Shown in pieces: positions 7,347-15,875 of a stretch of DNA of 20,000 nt. The stretch lies in sequence record SRR31156797_1896; one strand, given 5' to 3'. A model generated the notes under the pieces. It searched no databases. It was not told the DNA's origin and saw only the letters and a program-made list of their open reading frames with translations. The translations under genes were made by a program, and so were the position numbers. How positions within the stretch are numbered: the first letter of the stretch is position 1; the number at the start of each line of letters is the position of its first letter.

Positions 7347-9887
7347 CTACTTTACTAACGTTTTACGATATAAAAATGTTTTATCATCCATTATATTCAC
7401 GACAAATATATTTGTTTTTTCGGGAATCGTAAAAACATGTTTCGTTTTTGTTGTTAATGATTTATTAATAATTGGTTTTCCTAACACATCATAAATCAAT
7501 ATTTTAGCATTTTCAAGGGATTCTTCTGAATTAACAATAAGTGTGTTATTATGTGTATAACAATAAATTTGCTTATTATTTAGCTCTGATAAACTGTTTG
7601 GAGCTTTTGATATGTACAAATCAAAACGATCATTGAATTCACCAATAGCAGTAACAAATTCGTAAGAGGAGTTTGTAATATCAATAAATTCATTTAAATC
7701 CTTATCGTAAAGTCCTATCTGAATATCATCGTCAAGACCTTCTATTTCATCAATTGTTAACAAAAGCGTTGTTTCTATTTGGGAGGTGTATCCTAGTTTA
7801 AGCACAATTGCATCATCAAAGGATAATAACTGTGAGTTGATTGTGTTAATGGACAATGACTTCTCATCCTCGGAAATTGTGTAAACCTGCGGTAAATCTT
7901 CACTCCATCCAAAAAGTTTATATCCATCGAAATACGAATCAAAAGATTCTGTTGCTTCAGGGTGGAAAATAATTTTACTAATATCTTCTTTTATGCTATT
8001 ATCAACTCTTAGTTTAATTATTGGGAATTCAGCATCTTTTTTGTAATATGCTGTGCTTGAAATTCCTCTAACTGCATTAGTCATTTGCAGAGAAGTTGAT
8101 GAAACTGTACTATATACATAAAAACCTTGAGTAGGAGGTATCCAAAATGGTCCTGTTTCAGTTGAATGATTAAAAGTTACATAATTACTTGCAGAAGCAT
8201 CATATACATAAACAGTTCCATTTATTCCACTCCGCGTCCAACCACTTGAGGCATCCCAGTCAATTGATGATGGGTAGGGGTTACCAACCAGGTTCCAACC
8301 GTAAGTTTCTGTTCCATCGGCAGGATCTGCATTTGTCACAGTTGTAGATTGTGTTTCATTATTGAATGCTCCCGTAAATGTGACGGTTTGTCCGGCAGAG
8401 CCATACCTAACGGAGTAACCTTCCATAACACTTAAAGAAGAGCTGCCTGTTAAGTTATTCCAATCAGCAGTTGCTTCATTATAGCTATTCACATAAATGC
8501 CAGCTAATTGCGAAATACTACTATTGCTATTAGGAGTAGATAATAAATGCCATCCATCTGTATCTATAAATCTTTCATAACTAGAAGTGCCTGAAACAGA
8601 TACTGAGCCAGTGCCGTTACAAACTATTCCACTACTTCCACTTGCCCCTTTTATAGTAAAGTCCCCAGAAAGGCTTAGTGTAACTCCATTATTCACAGTA
8701 ATGTTACCACCATCTTGTATAGCTATCGATCCTACAGAAGTGCTGGATGAAATAATTGGGTCATTCGTTACATCAGGTATAATAACTTCTGAAGATGTGC
8801 CCGGAGGATTATCGTTTTTCCAGTTTCCTGTTGTTGACCATGATGTGCCTTCACTTCCATCCCATACTACCTTTCCGATGTAAGTCCCGGGGTTGTTTGA
8901 GCTTGTATTTGTATTATAATAAGGTATGGTTTCATTATTGTATTCGTAAACTCTAAGATAATAAGTAGTGGTTTCATCAGTATTGGTGACGGTTACAGAA
9001 GTACCCGTTCCGTTGTAAACACATTGTTGACCTGATGATTGCCATACGGAATTTGCTGTAACTGTTGATTCGTCTGTTGGATTGGTAAATGAGTTTGACG
9101 TATTCATGTATATTATTCTTCTGTCTCCATCTCCTGCAGTACATGAGACGTCAATGCTTGTTGAAGAAGCCCATTCAGCAACAACACTGGATGCTTGGGT
9201 TCTTGGAACACCCCCAACTCGGAATGTGATTGTAGAAGGGTTATCTTGATTTAGATTACAATCAGCACTTTCAAGGTTTGATGCAAAATAATAAACTAAA
9301 GAGATAGTATAGGTTGTATTAGGTGTTAAATTGGTAATAGTTATAGGTGATCTATCGGAATAAAGATCAAAACTGAATGAAGGTAAAACTTCATCTACAA
9401 GTTCATTGCTGGCAGGGTTTGTTCCTGTTACAATTTGCCCTGCAACATAAGTATTACGTGGTGGTCTAGTAAAGGTTAAACTTACAGATGTACTATCAGT
9501 AATTGAAATAGCTAAGCTTGAAGGTTGAGTAGTTGGTTGTGCATAATTTTGTGTTGAAAAACTTCTTTGAGAAGTGTAAGAAATCTGCCCACCAATTCTT
9601 GAATATGCCTTCCAATAATAAGTTGTATTTACTGATAACCCTATTACGCTATCCTGATAAACCCCCGTGCTGGTAATATCTCTTTGCAAAATATTATCTG
9701 AGATGGATGGGTTACCGGTTGTATTCCAGCAAATTCCTGAGGCTGTTGCTGATCCATCTGTTATTTCATATTCAAATACTGTAAAAACACCTTCAATTCG
9801 ATGTTCAGTTTGATTGGTTGGAGCAGCTGGCTGTGCATATACTCCTATGAATGACACTACAAATGTGAAAAGCAGAATATATTTCAT
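7347..9887 (-). CDS. T9SS type A sorting-domain protein with fibronectin type III-like repeats (surface or adhesin-like)
   Basis: Signal peptide …VYA|Q; FN3-like strands GLSVNTTYYWKAY, NLTPNTTYTISL and TDETTTYYLRVY; Ser/Thr-rich; GWNLVGNPYPSSIDW; C-terminal ILIYDVLGK…FVVNI…KTLVK consistent with a T9SS CTD. Confidence 0.85.
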   Translation of the reverse strand: MKYILLFTFVVSFIGVYAQPAAPTNQTEHRIEGVFTVFEYEITDGSATASGICWNTTGNPSISDNILQRDITSTGVYQDSVIGLSVNTTYYWKAYSRIGGQISYTSQRSFSTQNYAQPTTQPSSLAISITDSTSVSLTFTRPPRNTYVAGQIVTGTNPASNELVDEVLPSFSFDLYSDRSPITITNLTPNTTYTISLVYYFASNLESADCNLNQDNPSTITFRVGGVPRTQASSVVAEWASSTSIDVSCTAGDGDRRIIYMNTSNSFTNPTDESTVTANSVWQSSGQQCVYNGTGTSVTVTNTDETTTYYLRVYEYNNETIPYYNTNTSSNNPGTYIGKVVWDGSEGTSWSTTGNWKNDNPPGTSSEVIIPDVTNDPIISSSTSVGSIAIQDGGNITVNNGVTLSLSGDFTIKGASGSSGIVCNGTGSVSVSGTSSYERFIDTDGWHLLSTPNSNSSISQLAGIYVNSYNEATADWNNLTGSSSLSVMEGYSVRYGSAGQTVTFTGAFNNETQSTTVTNADPADGTETYGWNLVGNPYPSSIDWDASSGWTRSGINGTVYVYDASASNYVTFNHSTETGPFWIPPTQGFYVYSTVSSTSLQMTNAVRGISSTAYYKKDAEFPIIKLRVDNSIKEDISKIIFHPEATESFDSYFDGYKLFGWSEDLPQVYTISEDEKSLSINTINSQLLSFDDAIVLKLGYTSQIETTLLLTIDEIEGLDDDIQIGLYDKDLNEFIDITNSSYEFVTAIGEFNDRFDLYISKAPNSLSELNNKQIYCYTHNNTLIVNSEESLENAKILIYDVLGKPIINKSLTTKTKHVFTIPEKTNIFVVNIMDDKTFLYRKTLVK

Positions 9888-9927
9888 GTTTGTATTATTT
9901 ACTAAATTTTGACACTACTTCATCTTA

Positions 9928-9935
9928 CAAATATA
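9928..9935 (-). promoter_or_regulatory. Putative -7 box for the T9SS cargo/PID-CTERM operon
   Basis: The minus strand reads TATATTTG (TAnnTTTG), 40 bp upstream of the ATG at 9887. Confidence 0.55.
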
Positions 9936-10054
9936 CGGTTTTATAATCTAAATGTTTAAAATAATTGATTAATTGCATGTATACTTAGATAATTGGTTTT
10001 GTTCATATTTATTTTCTTCTCATATTTGCCAATATTTAACTTTACTGAACACTT

Positions 10055-10804
10055 ATGCGCGTTATACTTATAGTAATTACGATATTTTTAATTGCGGGTT
10101 GTACACAATATAAAAAAATAGTTTACCTACAAAATGAAGACCAGATTGATTCTGTTAAGGTTGCTGCCATTGAAAAATATACATTGAAACCCGGTGATTT
10201 ATTGCATGTTAAGGTTTTTTCGCCTGATCCATCAATAAATTCGCTTTTTAATCTTGAATCTGATCAGAATAGGTCAAATTATAATGATGTTTCTATTTAC
10301 TTAAGTGGCTTTCAGTTAGATGAAGATAGTAATATTGAATTGCCGGTTATTGGAAAAATACCTCTAAAAGAAAAGAGCATGTCTGAAGCTCGTCAGATTA
10401 TTTCAGATAGTGTTGATTCTTATATAAGTGAAGCGACTGTTGTAACAAAGCTTTTAAGTTATCGGGTTACAGTGTTAGGTGAAGTGAATAGAACTGGTAT
10501 AGTAAATGTATATCGCTATCAATCTACAATTTTTGATGTATTGAGTGCAAGTGGCGATATTAATTCCTTGGGAGACAGGAGAAGAGTAGAAGTTTTGAGA
10601 GAAGTTGGCCCAATAAAAAGGAAATTCTTAATTGATTTAACACAATTTGAAGCTATTGGTAACCCTGTTTATAATATTTATCCTGGTGATATAGTGTATG
10701 TTAAGCCATTGCGGGCAAAAATATTTAGAGAGAATATCCCCATAATAACATTATCACTTACAACAGTAACTACATTTTTATTGATATTAAATTATTTTAA
10801 ATAG
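10055..10804 (+). CDS. wza: Polysaccharide export outer-membrane lipoprotein (Wza/OPX family)
   Basis: Lipobox IAG|C; PES domain YTLKPGDLLHVKV…IELPVIGKI; SLBB RVTVLGEVNRTG…; IYPGDIVYVKP; C-terminal helix. Confidence 0.92.
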   Translation: MRVILIVITIFLIAGCTQYKKIVYLQNEDQIDSVKVAAIEKYTLKPGDLLHVKVFSPDPSINSLFNLESDQNRSNYNDVSIYLSGFQLDEDSNIELPVIGKIPLKEKSMSEARQIISDSVDSYISEATVVTKLLSYRVTVLGEVNRTGIVNVYRYQSTIFDVLSASGDINSLGDRRRVEVLREVGPIKRKFLIDLTQFEAIGNPVYNIYPGDIVYVKPLRAKIFRENIPIITLSLTTVTTFLLILNYFK

Positions 10805-13237
10805 ATGCAAGATAATCAACAAAATAATATTCCGATAAAAGAGGAATCTATTGATATTAAGAAGTATTTGTGGCTAATAATTCGAAATTGGTTTTGGTTT
10901 GGTACCGCCATTATGATTGGTTTAGGTTCTGCTTATATGGTCAATAGATATTCTGACCCAATTTATAGGGTTGGAATGACCATCATTATTGAGGATGATG
11001 AAGGTGGCGGATATTATGGAAACGACAATAATTTAATAGAAGGTTTTAATCTGTTTTCTCAAGGAAAGGAAATTGAAAATGAAATAGCAGTGCTTAAATC
11101 TTATGACCTCACAAAAAAAGCAATCGAAGAATTAGATTTCGATATTAGTTATTTTGGAGTGGGACGCTTGAGAGAAAGGCCTAAATATTATCTTAATGAG
11201 CTTTATGTGGATATAGATACTTCTCATGCTCAAACTCTATACACGAATGTATTTGTTACTCCGGAGAACACACAGCAATATCATCTTGAAATTGAAGAAT
11301 TCAATGTTGACACATATTTAAATTATGGTGAGTTTTATGAAAGTGACAATTTTAGATTTAGAATTTTAATAAGAGATACGTCAGCACTTGAGTCTCCGAG
11401 CCATGAAAAGTATTTTTTCTATTTGAATTCAATTCAAGGTTTGACCGCGCGATATAGGAATAAATTGTCAGTTGAGAGAATGACTGAAGAAGGAAGTGTT
11501 TTAGTGTTGTCTTCTCAAGGTCCTGTTCCGCAAAGAGAGATTGACTTTTTGAATAAACTTGCTGAAGTATATATTAGTTCAGGATTAGAAGAAAAGAATA
11601 AAATTGCAGAGAATACAATAGAATTTATTGATGATCAGCTTTCAGGTATTGTTGATTCACTTAACAGGGCAGAGGAGGAGTTACAGAATTTCAGATTGAA
11701 TAATGAGATTATCGATATTGATCAGGAAGGAAGAGCACTTTTTACAAGAATTGAGGATTTACAGTCGCTTAAAGCTCAGGAGATTGTTAGACAAAAATAT
11801 TTTGATTATCTACGAAAATATATTGTAAGACCAGAAATAGAATCAGAGTTGCTTGCTCCATCCTTAGCTGGAGTTAATGATCAGATTTTAGCAAGTTTGA
11901 TTAATCAAATTAATAGTCTATATCAAGAAAAGCAAACTCTAAAATTTGCTACTAAAAAAGGCAATCCGAAATTAACTTTAATTGAAAGTCAAATAAGCTC
12001 TTTAAAGCAGGCATTAATAGATAATGTAAACAATCTCATGAAAAAGAATGAGATGGTGCTTGAGGATCTAAATACTAGAATTAGCAAGTTGAATGTTGAA
12101 ATTAAAAAGCTGCCTATCAATGAAAGGCAGCTCATTAATATTCAGAGGCGCTTTAATCTAAATGATAACATTTATACTTACTTGCTTGAGAAAAGAGCTG
12201 AAGCCGGTATTAAGAAAGCATCAAATATAAGTGATGCACGTATTTTAGATATTGCAAGGCCTTCTAGTGTGTACCTGGTTAGTCCAAAGTATAGGATGAA
12301 CTATATTTTAGGATTAGTAATCGGTTTTCTTGTGCCATTGATTATTATCTTGCTTAAAGATTTCTTTAATAATAAGATTGTTGATAAAAGGGATATTGAA
12401 GATAATACTGATGTACCTGTTCTTGGTGTTGTAGGTCATAATTCAAATCCTACTGAGTTTGTAGTGAAAGATAGGCCTAAATCTTCGTTGGCAGAATCAT
12501 TCAGATCTGTTAAAACGAATCTTCAGTTTTTACTATTAAAAGAAGATAGTAAGCTAATTAATATTACATCTGCAATGAGTGGTGAAGGAAAAACCTTTTC
12601 TTCTATAAACCTTGCTGCAATTATGGCTATGACCAACAAAAAGACATTGCTTGTGGGTTTAGATTTAAGAAAGCCAAAATTGCATTATGAATTCAATTTG
12701 GATAATAATATTGGTTTATCAACTTATTTGATTGGTAAACACGAAATAGATGATATTATTTTTGAAACTGATACTGAAAATCTGTCCTTAATTCCTTCTG
12801 GTCCTACGCCAGTTGATCCTGCAAAATTGATTGAGACAGACCTGTTTCGTAATTTTATTGTTGAGATTCGTAAACGCTATGATTTCATAGTTTTTGATAC
12901 ACCACCTGCTGCGCTTGTGAGTGATGCAATTGAATTAGCAAAGTTTGCTGATGCTAACATTTTTGTAGTGCGTCAAAACTATTCAACTAAAAGTGCATTG
13001 GAATTAATTAACGAGCTTCATCGAAATAACAGGTTGCAGAACTTAAGTGTTTTGGTGAATGATGTGAGAGTGAAAGGCTATTATGGTAGTAGTTATGGGT
13101 ATGGATATGGGTATGGATATGGGTACGGTTATGGTTACGGATATGGTTATGGCTATGGTGAAAACTATCATGATGACGAAAAAGAAAAATTTGGCATAAA
13201 GGATCGGATTTTAATGCTACTTAATCTAAAAAAATAG
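10805..13237 (+). CDS. wzc: Polysaccharide co-polymerase / BY-kinase (Wzc family)
   Basis: Two TM segments flank a coiled-coil periplasmic region. Walker A SGEGKT, A' LLVGLDLRKP, Walker B FIVFDTPP, and a C-terminal Tyr cluster. The ATG directly abuts the wza TAG. Confidence 0.95.
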   Translation: MQDNQQNNIPIKEESIDIKKYLWLIIRNWFWFGTAIMIGLGSAYMVNRYSDPIYRVGMTIIIEDDEGGGYYGNDNNLIEGFNLFSQGKEIENEIAVLKSYDLTKKAIEELDFDISYFGVGRLRERPKYYLNELYVDIDTSHAQTLYTNVFVTPENTQQYHLEIEEFNVDTYLNYGEFYESDNFRFRILIRDTSALESPSHEKYFFYLNSIQGLTARYRNKLSVERMTEEGSVLVLSSQGPVPQREIDFLNKLAEVYISSGLEEKNKIAENTIEFIDDQLSGIVDSLNRAEEELQNFRLNNEIIDIDQEGRALFTRIEDLQSLKAQEIVRQKYFDYLRKYIVRPEIESELLAPSLAGVNDQILASLINQINSLYQEKQTLKFATKKGNPKLTLIESQISSLKQALIDNVNNLMKKNEMVLEDLNTRISKLNVEIKKLPINERQLINIQRRFNLNDNIYTYLLEKRAEAGIKKASNISDARILDIARPSSVYLVSPKYRMNYILGLVIGFLVPLIIILLKDFFNNKIVDKRDIEDNTDVPVLGVVGHNSNPTEFVVKDRPKSSLAESFRSVKTNLQFLLLKEDSKLINITSAMSGEGKTFSSINLAAIMAMTNKKTLLVGLDLRKPKLHYEFNLDNNIGLSTYLIGKHEIDDIIFETDTENLSLIPSGPTPVDPAKLIETDLFRNFIVEIRKRYDFIVFDTPPAALVSDAIELAKFADANIFVVRQNYSTKSALELINELHRNNRLQNLSVLVNDVRVKGYYGSSYGYGYGYGYGYGYGYGYGYGYGENYHDDEKEKFGIKDRILMLLNLKK
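13094..13159 (+). repeat. Coding hexamer repeat (TAYGGN)x11 encoding (Tyr-Gly)11, the Wzc tyrosine cluster
   Basis: tatggg tatgga tatggg tatgga tatggg tacggt tatggt tacgga tatggt tatggc tatggt, read directly from the sequence. Confidence 0.95.
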
Positions 13238-13257
13238 TATTGACCTATAATTAAACT

Positions 13258-15138
13258 ATGAGTAAAAAGTTAGTTCTTGTATTGTTCATTTTTATTCCAT
13301 TTTTTTCAATCGGACAATGTGAATTAACTAACCTTACTAGTAAAAGTCAAGTTCAAATTGATTTACCATCTTTTATTGTTCAAAAAATTGAATATCAAAT
13401 TGAAGTTGGAGGAATACCCAATGGAGAGTTTATTACAATAAAAACTCAAGGCAATGTCCATACTATCAAAATTGAAGATAGTTCCTTCAAATTTAAATTT
13501 GATCATTCAGCTTCTTATAAATTTGTTTACAAGAAATCAGAGATTAAGAAGGACGTTAAAGTAATGCCTCTATGGTATTCAATTATCCCACCATTATTGG
13601 CTATTTTGTTTGCAATGCTTTTTAAAGAAGTACTTACTGCACTGCTTATTGGTTTATTGAGTGGAACTGCTGCAATTTCTTTTTTTTCAGGAGTGGGGAA
13701 TGCAATTGAATCAATTGGTGATGGACTTCTTGATATAATTGACAATCGTGTAATTCATACAATTGCCGATGCTGACCATGCTTCGGTGATGGTTTTTTCA
13801 CTGCTTATTGGAGCTGTGGTACAAATCATTCGTAAAAATGGAGGTATGCGTGGATTAGTAGAGAGATTAGCCAGAAAAGTGGATACCAGAAAAAAGGGAA
13901 TGTTTTTCACATGGCTGATGGGAATTATTATTTTCTTTGACGATTATGCTAATACTTTGGTAGTAGGAAATACGGTTAGACCTATAACTGATAAATTGAA
14001 AATTTCCAGAGAAAAGCTGGCCTATATTGTGGACTCAACTGCTGCACCTGTAGCTTGCTTGGCATTCGTAACTACCTGGATAGGAGTGGAATTGAGTTAT
14101 ATACAGGAAGGTTTGGTGCAATTTCCTACCGAAATGAGTGCTTATCAGTTGTTTATGCATTCGCTTCCTTATAGATTGTACCCAATTTTTGCGCTGGTAT
14201 TTATAATCATATTAATATCTCAGAAAAGAGATTTTGGCCCTATGTATAATGCTGAGGTTAATGCAAAAGAACTTGAATTGAAAGACGAAAGCAATGATAG
14301 TTCTGAAGAAGTAAAATCTTCTCATTGGATAAATGCTGTATTGCCAATTGCGATTATCATATTTGGAACCTTTGCCGGATTAATCTCGACAGGTTATGAT
14401 ACAGAAACCTGGTCAAATGAAAATATTTCCTTTATTCGAAAATTAAGTATTACCATTGGCGCATCAGATGCATTCAAAGCGTTATTATGGTCATCAATGT
14501 TAGCTGTTCTGGTATCCTTTTTAATAAGTGTATTCAAACGGCTTCTGTCACTAAGGGAAGCTTCAGACGCTATTATTGACGGTTTCAGGGCAATGCTCAG
14601 TGCAATAGTAATTTTGATTTTAGCATGGTCACTAGCTTCAATTACACAAGATCTTCATACTGCTGAGTTTTTGGCTGGAATTTTATCGTCGTTGAAAGCA
14701 TTGCCTGGATTATTACCAGCAATAACTTTCATCCTGGGAGCTTTAGTCGCTTTTTCAACGGGGTCATCCTGGGGTACTATGGCTATTCTGTATCCACTAT
14801 TGATGCCTGTGACATGGAAAATAAGTGAGATGTCGGGAATGGAAATTGCTGATGCCAATAATCTTTTAGCACAAATGATTGCTGGAATTCTTGCTGGTGC
14901 GGTGCTTGGAGATCATTGCAGTCCTATAAGTGATACAACAATTCTAAGTTCTCTAGCAAGTAGCTGTGATCACATAGAACATGTGAGAACACAAATGCCT
15001 TATGCCTTAACTGTTGGTGGAGTAGTCGTCGTTCTAGGTCTTGTTCCATTAATTTGGAATGTCCCCCTTTGGATAATTTATCCAGTTATTTTAGGTGTAT
15101 TATATTTGATTGTTCGAAAGTTCGGAAAATCTACTTAA
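13258..15138 (+). CDS. Na+/H+ antiporter NhaC-family (ion transporter superfamily) membrane protein with an N-terminal extension
   Basis: Many hydrophobic helices and the motifs IFFDDYAN, SREKLAYIVDSTAAP, FSTGSSWGT, GDHCSPISDTT and HIEHVRTQMPYA. Confidence 0.9.
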   Translation: MSKKLVLVLFIFIPFFSIGQCELTNLTSKSQVQIDLPSFIVQKIEYQIEVGGIPNGEFITIKTQGNVHTIKIEDSSFKFKFDHSASYKFVYKKSEIKKDVKVMPLWYSIIPPLLAILFAMLFKEVLTALLIGLLSGTAAISFFSGVGNAIESIGDGLLDIIDNRVIHTIADADHASVMVFSLLIGAVVQIIRKNGGMRGLVERLARKVDTRKKGMFFTWLMGIIIFFDDYANTLVVGNTVRPITDKLKISREKLAYIVDSTAAPVACLAFVTTWIGVELSYIQEGLVQFPTEMSAYQLFMHSLPYRLYPIFALVFIIILISQKRDFGPMYNAEVNAKELELKDESNDSSEEVKSSHWINAVLPIAIIIFGTFAGLISTGYDTETWSNENISFIRKLSITIGASDAFKALLWSSMLAVLVSFLISVFKRLLSLREASDAIIDGFRAMLSAIVILILAWSLASITQDLHTAEFLAGILSSLKALPGLLPAITFILGALVAFSTGSSWGTMAILYPLLMPVTWKISEMSGMEIADANNLLAQMIAGILAGAVLGDHCSPISDTTILSSLASSCDHIEHVRTQMPYALTVGGVVVVLGLVPLIWNVPLWIIYPVILGVLYLIVRKFGKST

Positions 15139-15158
15139 AATGAACGATCGTTCATTTT
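15137..15158. promoter_or_regulatory. Perfect 22-bp palindrome, probable distal TetR-type operator (or a weak terminator)
   Basis: AAAATGAACGATCGTTCATTTT is its own reverse complement. Its core TGAACG-AT-CGTTCA matches the two downstream sites. Confidence 0.6.
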
Positions 15159-15248
15159 TCTAAAAATATTCAAATTTTTTAATTGTTCTTTAATTAATTG
15201 AAAATGAGTGTTTAAAATACTTATTTTCATATTTATTCTAAAAATAAG

Positions 15249-15266
15249 TGACTGAACGTTTGGTCA
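15249..15266. promoter_or_regulatory. Putative TetR operator 1
   Basis: TGACTGAACGTTTGGTCA is an imperfect palindrome, 17/18 identical to the reverse complement of operator 2. Confidence 0.75.
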
Positions 15267-15290
15267 ATTTATTTTTTATTACTTAATTTG
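15259..15290 (+). promoter_or_regulatory. Putative Bacteroidota promoter of the tetR operon (-33 TTTG / -7 TTAATTTG)
   Basis: TTTG at 15259-15262, a 20-bp spacer, then TTAATTTG at 15283-15290 (one mismatch to TAnnTTTG). Confidence 0.5.
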
Positions 15291-15306
15291 ACCGAACGTT
15301 CAGTCA
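15289..15306. promoter_or_regulatory. Putative TetR operator 2
   Basis: TGACCGAACGTTCAGTCA lies within the near-perfect palindrome TTTGACCGAACGTTCAGTCAAA and ends 12 bp before the tetR ATG. Confidence 0.8.
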
Positions 15307-15318
15307 AAATTATTTAAT

Positions 15319-15858
15319 ATGAAACCGAAAAAAGAAAAAATAATTGATACTGCGATTGCATTGTTTGCTGATAATGGCTTTCACAATACATCAATAAGTC
15401 AAATTGCCAACAAGGCAGGTGTATCAAAAGGGCTCATGTATAATTACTTTGAAAGCAAGGAGGATTTGTTGAAGTATATTTTTGATTTAGGAGCAGCAAA
15501 ACTTTTAGAAAATTTCGATCCCAACAGGGATGGTGTATTGACAAAAGAAGAGTTTATTTTTTATATCGAGGATATATTTTATCAAATGCAAAAAGACCGT
15601 AACTATTGGATGCTCTTTTTCAATATCGTAACCCAACCAGCCATTACGCAAATAGTGGCGGATCGAATGATGGAAATGGTTGGGCCAATGATGAAAGAGT
15701 TGACAGATTATTTCAGAAACAAAGGATGTGAAGATCCGGAAGCAGAGGCAAGGTATTTTGTAGCTGTAATGGATGGTGTCGGAATGCATTATTTACTAGA
15801 TCAGGAAAACTATCCAATAAGGAGTGTTATCAAAAAGATCATTAAAGAATTCGTATAA
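15319..15858 (+). CDS. TetR/AcrR-family transcriptional regulator
   Basis: N-terminal HTH KIIDTAIALFADNGFHNTSISQIANKAGVSKGLMYNYFESKEDL. Confidence 0.95.
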   Translation: MKPKKEKIIDTAIALFADNGFHNTSISQIANKAGVSKGLMYNYFESKEDLLKYIFDLGAAKLLENFDPNRDGVLTKEEFIFYIEDIFYQMQKDRNYWMLFFNIVTQPAITQIVADRMMEMVGPMMKELTDYFRNKGCEDPEAEARYFVAVMDGVGMHYLLDQENYPIRSVIKKIIKEFV

Positions 15859-15875
15859 CCTTAAAACCCATAACT

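Noticed and set aside
13094-13159. Tandem repeat as a CRISPR array or frameshifting phase-variation tract
   Set aside because: There are no spacers. The unit is 6 bp, in frame and varies only at synonymous positions, so it is a protein-level YG repeat.
15249-15306. Inverted 18-bp pair as invertible-promoter ends or MITE termini
   Set aside because: Each copy is itself palindromic, they are only 22 bp apart, and no recombinase or target duplication is seen. The position before tetR fits operators better.
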